Assembly (NCBI GenBank): GCA_015061775.1
Contig: SUVY01000002.1
Location: forward strand, 12,157 to 76,156
Direction of reading: 5' to 3'
From: Lentisphaerota bacterium
GTDB taxonomy: Bacteria; Verrucomicrobiota; Lentisphaeria; Victivallales; Victivallaceae
Length of the DNA: 64,000 nucleotides
The number at the start of each line of letters is the position of its first letter. Within the stretch, counting starts at the first letter, position 1. The notes under the pieces are model-generated. The model worked only from the letters and a program-made list of their open reading frames with translations, searched no databases and was not told the origin of the DNA. A program made the position numbers and the translations under genes. Shown one piece after another: positions 1-6,852 of the stretch.

Positions 1-772
1 CCACATCATAAAGAAACGGAGTTTCCGGACACCATGGTTTCGGAGACTCAAGTTTTATCTCGCAGCTCACTCCGTCAACGGCGGCAGTTGAAATTTTTCC
101 GCAGAGGTTTTCTCCATCATAGACTTCCACGTTGAAGGTGTATCCCCTCTTCACCGCGTAGAATTGCGGAGTGAAAGTAAATTTCGCTCCGTCAAAATCT
201 GGCGTTATCCGGCAGGATTTGACTCCGTACATACCGCAGGCTTCGAGATCGACGGTCTGCCAGATTCCGGTGGAACGGGTATATACGCAGTTATGGGAGT
301 GATACTCAGGGCTCTGTTTTCCCGCACCCTGGGTGAATGAACGGATAAGATCGGTCACGCCGACGACAAGATCGTACTCTTTTCCGGGCTCGACCTCGCC
401 CGTAAGATCGACGGAAAACGGAGTTGAACCTCCGACATGACGGAAGAGTTTTTTCCCGTCAATAAAAATATCTGCCGCAAAATCCACAGCTCCGAAATTG
501 AGTATGATGCGTCTGCCTCCCCAGTTTTCCGGAATGGTAAGCTTGCGATGATAAAACATACCCTCGATGAAGTCGGTGTATTCTACTCCCGAAAGTTTGC
601 TCTCTGGTACAAACGGAACGGTGATGCGGTTTTTGAATCCTGAGCTTTTGTAAAGCCCGCGCTCCATGCCGCTTCTGCTGAAGTCAAATTCATAACTCCA
701 GACTCCATTGAGATTGACCCAGTCTGTTCTTTCAAACTGTGGACGGGGGTACTCCGGTCGTGGAATATTCAT
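1..772 (-). CDS. Glycoside hydrolase family 2-like enzyme (beta-galactosidase/beta-glucuronidase type), N-terminal part; the gene continues past the left edge of the window
   Basis: Absent from the ORF track because it has no stop inside the window. Manual reverse-complement translation from the ATG at 772-770 gives MNIPRPEYPRPQFERTDWVNLNGVWSYEFDFSRSG...NFGAVDFAADIFIDGKKLFRHVGGSTPFSVDLT..., and the frame stays open to position 1. The PRPEYPRPQF.R..W.NLNG.W.F.FD opening and the following sugar-binding block are typical of GH2. Confidence 0.75.
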   Translation of the reverse strand, partial: MNIPRPEYPRPQFERTDWVNLNGVWSYEFDFSRSGMERGLYKSSGFKNRITVPFVPESKLSGVEYTDFIEGMFYHRKLTIPENWGGRRIILNFGAVDFAADIFIDGKKLFRHVGGSTPFSVDLTGEVEPGKEYDLVVGVTDLIRSFTQGAGKQSPEYHSHNCVYTRSTGIWQTVDLEACGMYGVKSCRITPDFDGAKFTFTPQFYAVKRGYTFNVEVYDGENLCGKISTAAVDGVSCEIKLESPKPWCPETPFLYDV

Positions 773-984
773 GTTTTTGCAACTCCTGTATGCTTGTTTT
801 ATGGTATTTTGCAGCAGCATTTACTATACACCGGAAACCGCCTCTTTTCAATCGAGGGAGCAGCATTTAGAAAAAAATATACATTTTATGCATAAAAAAG
901 AGCTGATGGTATTTGTATTTCAATAATCAACCGTCTATATTTATTCAAAATACAGTCAACACTTAAAAAAAGGGGATACCTGCT

Positions 985-1890
985 ATGATAAAACAACCTG
1001 CCCAGTTGAGTTGGGTGCTCTATGAAAAAGTCCTGTTCACTCCTGAATATTACGCCGAACTCGACGACCTTGCCGCCAATGGAGTAAAAAATGTGGTCGT
1101 CAACAACTACGTCATAAAATATCTCATCAAAAATATGTCCCTCTGTGAGCGGATGCGCAAGGATGCCGAAGAGCGCGGCCTTGTGCTCAAAGATGCACAT
1201 GCGCCATTCGGTCCCAGCGAAAATCTCGGATACCCCGTTCTTCGCGACAGAAAGTGGATCCACGAGATGCAGAAGGACTGTCTGAAGGTGGGCGGATTGC
1301 TCGGGCTTACCACGCTCACCATGCACATCGGCAGGCTCTGTTTTCACCCTGATATTGCGGAAAGCACTCCGGAAACTGTGAAGAAATACACTTTTGAAAT
1401 CCTCGATGATATGCTTCCGGTCGCAGAAGAGAACAAAGTCATAATCGCCCTTGAGAACCTTTTCCATCCAACCGCCACCAGCGACGAGCTTCCTGAGTAT
1501 ATTGAGCACTATAACTCAGAGTATCTCGGAATCTGTTTCGACGCCGGCCACGCCAACGTGGTGGAAAAAGAGGCGACAAAGACTCCAGACCAGATGGATG
1601 AGATGATCAAGCTTGCCTGGCCTGACCGCACGATCACCTACCGCGAAAACTGCATTGAGAAGATGGCTCCGCACATCGTCACAACCCACCTGCACGACAA
1701 CAACGGCAGAGGAGACCACCATCAGCTTCCCGGAGTCAACGGCAACATCGACTGGAAACGCATTTGCAACATTCTGGCAACCGGATGTCCGCGTCTGGTA
1801 ACAAACCAAAGCGAAGTCCACAAAGATGACTTCGGCGGCATCACCAAAAACGGAATAGAGCACTTCGCAAACTACGGCTTCTTCATCTGA
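985..1890 (+). CDS. Sugar phosphate isomerase/epimerase (xylose isomerase-like TIM-barrel family)
   Basis: 301-aa ORF with an AGGGGA ribosome-binding site about 9 nt upstream of the ATG. The blocks LTMHIG, IALENL, GICFDAGHANV and HLHDNNG..DHHQLPG match the metal-binding strand ends of the xylose-isomerase-like TIM barrel. Confidence 0.75.
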   Translation: MIKQPAQLSWVLYEKVLFTPEYYAELDDLAANGVKNVVVNNYVIKYLIKNMSLCERMRKDAEERGLVLKDAHAPFGPSENLGYPVLRDRKWIHEMQKDCLKVGGLLGLTTLTMHIGRLCFHPDIAESTPETVKKYTFEILDDMLPVAEENKVIIALENLFHPTATSDELPEYIEHYNSEYLGICFDAGHANVVEKEATKTPDQMDEMIKLAWPDRTITYRENCIEKMAPHIVTTHLHDNNGRGDHHQLPGVNGNIDWKRICNILATGCPRLVTNQSEVHKDDFGGITKNGIEHFANYGFFI

Positions 1891-1910
1891 CAAAGCAGAG
1901 CAAATAAGCT

Positions 1911-2345
1911 ATGGAACGCTTCTATTTCTGGTTGGCAACAGGTCTGATACTGCTCGGGGCAGAGTTTTTTGTCCCCGGGTTCGTGGTATTCTTTTTCGGC
2001 ATTGCGGCGTGTGCTGTCTCTATCATCAGCTTCTTCTGTCCAGGCGCAGGAATAGTGGCAGAGATCATACTCTTCCTGCTGTCAGCTGCACTTCTGCTTC
2101 TGCTCTCAAGGCGTTTTCTGCCCGGAGTATTCAAATCAAAGAGTACTTATCAGGAACCCGTTCCTGAAAACATTTTGGGAAGCAGTGCCACAGCTGTCAC
2201 CAGAATAACTCCGGAATTTTCCGGAAAAGTTGTTTTTAACGAAGAGCTGTGGAATGCTACTTCCAGCGAGCACATCTCAACCGGAGAACTCTGCCGCATC
2301 ATTTCTTATCACAACGGCAATTTGATCGTGGAGAAAAACAAATGA
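1911..2345 (+). CDS. NfeD-family membrane protein
   Basis: 144 aa. Two N-terminal TM helices are followed by a short OB-like C-terminal domain (GKVVFNEELWNATS...GELCRIISYHNGNLIV). No SPFH/stomatin partner is adjacent. Confidence 0.65.
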   Translation: MERFYFWLATGLILLGAEFFVPGFVVFFFGIAACAVSIISFFCPGAGIVAEIILFLLSAALLLLLSRRFLPGVFKSKSTYQEPVPENILGSSATAVTRITPEFSGKVVFNEELWNATSSEHISTGELCRIISYHNGNLIVEKNK

Positions 2346-3010
2346 CATCCGCCTCCCCTTTGATACACATATTCGACATGGACTACACTCTCATCGAAAA
2401 CGATTGTGATGTGAGCTGGAAAGAGTTTTGTGTCGCCGAAAAACTCGCTCCGGAATCAGACATCCAGGAGGCAGACCGCTTCTACCAGCTCTATCTTGAA
2501 GGAAAACTCGACTTTAATGAGTTCACCCGTTTTCAGTTCAGAGAGTTCACCGGAAACTCTCCGGAAACCATGTATGCCCTCACCCGCAGACACTTTGAAA
2601 AATACGTCAAATCCAAAGTGCGTCCTCAAGCGTTAAATTATGTAAAAGAGCTGCTCGCGCAGGGAAAACGGTGCATCATCCTCACTTCGACCAATGAAGT
2701 GATCGCCCGCCCCGTCGCAGAGTATTTCGGAATATCTGAAGTTTACGGTTCTCGAATCGAACTTGTCAACGGAACATTTACAGGTAACCTCACCGGCATC
2801 TACACAGCAGGAGAAGGCAAAGCTGTTATCGCAAGAGAACTCGAAAAATCTTCCGGAGTCCCGCTCGAACTCTTCGCCGCTTATGGAGACAGTATCAACG
2901 ACCTGCCCCTGCTTAAATGCGTGGGCTTTCCGCATGCAGTTTCTCCCGGCAAATCTCTGCTGGAAGAAGCTCAGAAACTTGATTTCACCATATTAAACTG
3001 GAGTATCTGA
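2342..3010 (+). CDS. HAD-superfamily hydrolase, subfamily IB (SerB-like phosphatase)
   Basis: Start moved to ATG 2342, which forms an ATGA overlap with the preceding stop; the ORF-track start at 2249 lies inside the upstream gene. HAD motif I is FDMDYTL and motif IV is GDSINDLPLL. Confidence 0.75.
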   Translation: MTSASPLIHIFDMDYTLIENDCDVSWKEFCVAEKLAPESDIQEADRFYQLYLEGKLDFNEFTRFQFREFTGNSPETMYALTRRHFEKYVKSKVRPQALNYVKELLAQGKRCIILTSTNEVIARPVAEYFGISEVYGSRIELVNGTFTGNLTGIYTAGEGKAVIARELEKSSGVPLELFAAYGDSINDLPLLKCVGFPHAVSPGKSLLEEAQKLDFTILNWSI

Positions 3011-3014
3011 CACT

Positions 3015-3704
3015 ATGTATTTTGATCCCGCCTACTTTATATTCGCCCTCCCCGGACTGCTGCTCGCTCTTTGGGCGCAGTTCAAAACCAAAAGCACCTT
3101 TGAACACTACTCCCGCGTGGCAAGCCGTTCTGGAGTCACCGGTGCCGAAGCTGCGCAGCGTCTGCTCTTCGCTGCGGGCGTTTCCGGAGTAAAGATCGTT
3201 GAAACAGACGGATTTCTCACCGACCACTATGATCCGTCGTGCCGCACGCTGCGTCTCTCTCCTGACGTGTACGGCTCAAGCAGCCTTTCCGCCATCGGAG
3301 TTGCCTGTCATGAGGCTGGACACGCCATACAGCACGCTCACAATTACGGTCCGCTCGAGATGAGATCAAGTCTTGTTCCGGTAATCAATATCACCAGTCC
3401 CATGTCCTACATCTTTATCGCCATCGGAGCCTTTTTCGCAAGTCCTGCCTTTATCTGGATAGGCATAATCTGCTTCTGCGGAGCTGTGCTTTTTTCTCTG
3501 GTAACGCTTCCAGTAGAATATAACGCGAGCAGCCGTGCAAAAGAGATGATGGTCTCTGCCGGAATCGTCTCATCACAAGAGTCAAACAGCGCAGGCGAAG
3601 TACTGAACGCAGCGTTCCTCACCTACGTCGCAGCAGCGGTCAGCAGCCTGCTCACATTGCTTTATTACCTCTGGAGACTCGGAGTTTTCAGCAGAAGGGA
3701 TTGA
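3015..3704 (+). CDS. Putative neutral zinc metallopeptidase (YugP / Zn_peptidase_2 type), membrane-bound
   Basis: 229 aa. An HEAGHAIQH zinc motif lies between N- and C-terminal hydrophobic segments. The MYFDP.YF opening is typical of the family. Confidence 0.75.
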   Translation: MYFDPAYFIFALPGLLLALWAQFKTKSTFEHYSRVASRSGVTGAEAAQRLLFAAGVSGVKIVETDGFLTDHYDPSCRTLRLSPDVYGSSSLSAIGVACHEAGHAIQHAHNYGPLEMRSSLVPVINITSPMSYIFIAIGAFFASPAFIWIGIICFCGAVLFSLVTLPVEYNASSRAKEMMVSAGIVSSQESNSAGEVLNAAFLTYVAAAVSSLLTLLYYLWRLGVFSRRD

Positions 3705-3721
3705 AAAAAACAGTTTGAACG

Positions 3722-3767
3722 TGTATATTTTGTCAATGCCTTGTATATGCGGCAGATAAATGTATAT
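3722..3767 (+). promoter_or_regulatory. Three direct copies of TGTATAT upstream of the LPS gene block
   Basis: TGTATAT occurs at 3722-3728, 3742-3748 and 3761-3767, with spacings of 20 and 19 bp. Confidence 0.3.
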
Positions 3768-3825
3768 TGTCCCGCTTGACGGAACTGTTCTTCCGCGGCG
3801 GATAAACAGGGGAAATCACTGAAAC

Positions 3826-4293
3826 GTGAAAGAAAAAGAGAATATCATACAGTCGGCAAACTTCAAACGCGATTATGTTGCATACTTCGCGCTCGGTTTG
3901 TTTTTCGCTATCGTACTTGGAGAAATCGTCATTGCGGTAAGTATTCCTGCATATCTGGGTAAAGAGAGTGCGATGGCAAACGAGGTACGCCGAATAAAAC
4001 TCCGGGAGAGTTTCGACATGGTCCGCTGGCAGTCCTTCAAGACGGACTGCGCAAACGCCAATGCCAAGCTTGAGCGCGACATCGTTGTCTGGGAGATGAA
4101 TAAACTTGCAAACTATCTCAGAAAAGAGTCTGAATACCTCAACAGCGATGAGACAGCCCGTCTCCAGAAGATCGTTGACGAGTCCAGCGCGATATTGAAA
4201 TATATCCACGAAAACAAATCGTTTTCCAAAGCAAGCCAGCTTGATACCGGCGGTTATATCAACAGTATGATGAAGCGGAAAGAGAAAAAATGA
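3826..4293 (+). CDS. Hypothetical membrane-anchored protein
   Basis: GTG start, 155 aa. One TM helix (YFALGLFFAIVLGEIVIAVSIPAYL) is followed by a charged, helical-looking domain. The stop overlaps the hldA start (ATGA at 4290). I recognise no family. Confidence 0.5.
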   Translation: MKEKENIIQSANFKRDYVAYFALGLFFAIVLGEIVIAVSIPAYLGKESAMANEVRRIKLRESFDMVRWQSFKTDCANANAKLERDIVVWEMNKLANYLRKESEYLNSDETARLQKIVDESSAILKYIHENKSFSKASQLDTGGYINSMMKRKEKK

Positions 4294-5300
4294 AAAACAG
4301 ACAGGGCATTGAGTTTCTCCAGCACTTCTCCGGAGCGCGGGTAGCCGTGGTCGGAGACGTGATGCTCGATATCTATTTGTGGGGACAGGTCTCAAGAATA
4401 TCTCCTGAGGCACCGGTTCCGGTAGTGAATGTGAACAGACGCACCAGCTGTCTCGGCGGAGCCGCCAATGTGATGCGCAATCTGCGTACACTCGGAGCGG
4501 CGGCTTTTGCCTACGGTGTCGTCGGCAATGACAATCTCGGAAGAGAGCTGGCAGAAAATCTCCGCGAGCTCGGAATAGATGACAGCGGTCTCTTTTTTGA
4601 CGACGCAAGACGCACCACCGAAAAACGCCGCGTCGTCGCCGGAAGCCAACAGCTTCTGCGTATCGACGTCGAAGACACATTTGAAGTCGATGACTCCATA
4701 AGAAGAAAGATCGTGGACGGAGTCATATCCAGAATACGCGCAAAAGAGCTCGATGCCGTGATCTTTGAAGACTACAACAAAGGACTGCTCTCCGCGTGGA
4801 TGCTCGAAGAGATCATCTGCGCCGCAAGAGAGCACAATGTAATAACTGCGCTTGATCCCAAACCCGGCAGTCTTGCTCCGGTCAAAGGACTCTCGGTGAT
4901 GAAACCCAACAGAGTGGAGGCTTTCGCGCTCGCAGGAATGGCGGACGATAACTCCATGTGCGACGTCAGGGACAATTCCCTGCTCGCACAGGTAGCCGAA
5001 AAGCTTCTGGACACCTGGGAACCCGACCTGTTGCTGCTCTCTCTTGCTTCACAGGGAATGGCTCTCTTCAGGCGTGGACAAGAGGTTGAAGTGATTCCGA
5101 CAAGAGCGCGCGAAGTTTTCGACGTCTCAGGAGCAGGAGACACTGTGACCGCAACCTACACTGTTTCTGCCATTTCAGGTGCTCCTGCCAGAACTGCCGC
5201 AGAGATCGCAAACCGCGCAGCAGGAGTCGTGGTAGGAAAGGTGGGAACAGCTCCCATTTTATTTGATGAATTGATTAAAAGTTTTGATAGCGAGGAGTGA
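4290..5300 (+). CDS. hldA: D-glycero-beta-D-manno-heptose-7-phosphate kinase (RfaE/HldE domain I only, PfkB family)
   Basis: 336 aa, collinear with the kinase half of E. coli HldE: VVGDVMLD.Y..G...RISPEAPVPVV, GGAANV, DVSGAGDTV, AN.AAGVVVGK.GT. No adenylyltransferase domain is fused. Confidence 0.85.
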   Translation: MKNRQGIEFLQHFSGARVAVVGDVMLDIYLWGQVSRISPEAPVPVVNVNRRTSCLGGAANVMRNLRTLGAAAFAYGVVGNDNLGRELAENLRELGIDDSGLFFDDARRTTEKRRVVAGSQQLLRIDVEDTFEVDDSIRRKIVDGVISRIRAKELDAVIFEDYNKGLLSAWMLEEIICAAREHNVITALDPKPGSLAPVKGLSVMKPNRVEAFALAGMADDNSMCDVRDNSLLAQVAEKLLDTWEPDLLLLSLASQGMALFRRGQEVEVIPTRAREVFDVSGAGDTVTATYTVSAISGAPARTAAEIANRAAGVVVGKVGTAPILFDELIKSFDSEE

Positions 5301-5305
5301 TTATT

Positions 5306-6043
5306 ATGGCTGCAAAGAGTGCTGTTGTGATACCTGCACGTTACGCAAGTTCACGTTTTCCCGGTAAACCGCTCGCCATGCTGGCAGGCAAACCGATGAT
5401 CTGTCACGTTTGCGAAAAAGCTGCGGCAAGCAAAGCCGATTATGTTCTGGTTGCCACCGATGACCAGCGTATCGCTGATGTGGTAACTCAATATGGATAT
5501 ACTGCTGTAATGACGGCAAGCGATCACCCATCCGGAACCGACCGCATCGCGGAAGCGGTGAAAAAAGCAGCATCCGACGTCGATATCGTTATCAACGTCC
5601 AGGGAGACGAACCGCTGATTCCGACCAGCGCAATAGATGACCTCATCGACCTGATGGAAGGCAACGCAGCTTGCGAAATGGCGACAATCGCTGTTCCCGG
5701 AAATCGCGATACCATGACCGAAAACAACGTCAAAGTCGTCTTCGGTTGCGACGGAAAAGCGCTCTATTTCAGTCGCTCCATGATTCCCTTCGCCCGCAAA
5801 GGAGGAGTTCCCGATCAGGTCTATCTGCATTGGGGAATATACGCCTATCGCAGGGAGACGCTGGAAAAATTCGTCACCCTCCCCGCCGGACGCCTGGAAA
5901 AAAGCGAGATGCTCGAACAGCTCCGCGCTCTGGAAAACGGAATATCTATCTACGTTCTCACCCGCAATCTCGAAAGCATCGGCGTTGATACTCCGGACGA
6001 TCTTGCAAAGGCTGAAGCACGTCTTGCGGAGATGAACAAATGA
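5306..6043 (+). CDS. kdsB: 3-deoxy-manno-octulosonate cytidylyltransferase (CMP-Kdo synthetase)
   Basis: ATG 5306 is preferred because GAGGAG lies 8 nt upstream; the ORF-track GTG at 5297 overlaps the hldA stop. Motifs: AVVIPARYASSRFPGKPL and VNVQGDEPLI. Confidence 0.9.
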   Translation: MAAKSAVVIPARYASSRFPGKPLAMLAGKPMICHVCEKAAASKADYVLVATDDQRIADVVTQYGYTAVMTASDHPSGTDRIAEAVKKAASDVDIVINVQGDEPLIPTSAIDDLIDLMEGNAACEMATIAVPGNRDTMTENNVKVVFGCDGKALYFSRSMIPFARKGGVPDQVYLHWGIYAYRRETLEKFVTLPAGRLEKSEMLEQLRALENGISIYVLTRNLESIGVDTPDDLAKAEARLAEMNK

Positions 6044-6852
6044 CTCCGGTAAAAATCAGCAACGATATCACCATCGGCAGCGGCAGACTTACCCTTATCG
6101 GAGGTCCATGCACAGCCGAAAGCAAAGATCTCTGTCTTGAAGTAGCAGGATTTCTGAAAGAACTCTGTGCCGAACTTGACATAGATTATATATTCAAGGC
6201 ATCTTACGACAAAGCAAACCGCTCAGGAGCGACTTCCGTGCGCGGTCCCGGACTCGATACGGGACTCGGATATCTCGATGCAGTCAAAAGCACATATAAA
6301 CTGCCTGTTCTGACCGATATCCATGACAGCGTCACTGTTCCGGAAGTAGCAGAAGTTGCTGACGTGCTTCAGGTTCCGGCTTTTCTCTGCCGCCAGACCG
6401 ATTTGCTGGTCGCTGCCGGAAAAACCATGAAGCCAGTCAACATCAAAAAGGGACAGTTCATGGCTCCGGAAGATATGAAGGGAGCCGTCGATAAAGTCCG
6501 CCTGACAGGAAATGATAAAATCATGCTCTGCGAACGCGGAAGCTCTTTCGGTTACCACAATCTCGTAGTCGATATGCGCTCGCTTGTCATCATGCGCAAC
6601 ATCGGAGTTCCGGTAGTCTTTGACGCCACTCACTCTGTACAACTTCCGGGAGGTCTCGGCAATGCATCCGGCGGACAGAGAGAATTCGTCTCTCCCCTCG
6701 CCTGCGCCGCCGCGGCTGTCGGCATCGACGCGCTCTTCTGCGAAGTGCATCCGTGTCCGGAAAAGGCTTTTTCTGATGGTCCCAACTCACTTGATTTCGA
6801 CCTTGCCCGCAAGGTTTTGACAAAGGTTAAGCAAATATATGATATGCAGTAA
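6040..6852 (+). CDS. kdsA: 2-dehydro-3-deoxyphosphooctonate aldolase (Kdo8P synthase)
   Basis: 270 aa with an ATGA overlap to kdsB. Motifs: LIGGPC.AES, KASYDKANRS, FDATHSVQLPGG. The Cys in GPC suggests the metal-dependent class. Confidence 0.92.
   Translation: MTPVKISNDITIGSGRLTLIGGPCTAESKDLCLEVAGFLKELCAELDIDYIFKASYDKANRSGATSVRGPGLDTGLGYLDAVKSTYKLPVLTDIHDSVTVPEVAEVADVLQVPAFLCRQTDLLVAAGKTMKPVNIKKGQFMAPEDMKGAVDKVRLTGNDKIMLCERGSSFGYHNLVVDMRSLVIMRNIGVPVVFDATHSVQLPGGLGNASGGQREFVSPLACAAAAVGIDALFCEVHPCPEKAFSDGPNSLDFDLARKVLTKVKQIYDMQ

Noticed and set aside
437-926. Two small plus-strand ORFs (437-643 and 708-926)
   Set aside because: The first lies antisense within the GH2 coding frame. The second spans the GH2 start and the promoter region. 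Neither has an RBS or motifs.
886-1509. A 207-aa minus-strand ORF overlapping the sugar isomerase gene and its promoter region
   Set aside because: It lies antisense to the TIM-barrel ORF, which has an RBS and family motifs. It has no motifs of its own.
2249-2341. N-terminal extensions suggested by the ORF track here, and likewise at 10119, 21586, 35903, 48193, 50845, 26643, 33458 and 30991
   Set aside because: These extensions overlap the preceding gene, a terminator or a promoter. In each case an internal ATG with a Shine-Dalgarno or an ATGA/TAATG coupling gives the N-terminus expected for the family.
3733-4680. A 315-aa minus-strand ORF overlapping the hypothetical gene and hldA
   Set aside because: It is an Arg/Cys-rich, low-complexity translation (RRRYAEAVGFRRRRGVFRW...) lying antisense to a gene with strong HldE homology. 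This is a typical shadow ORF.
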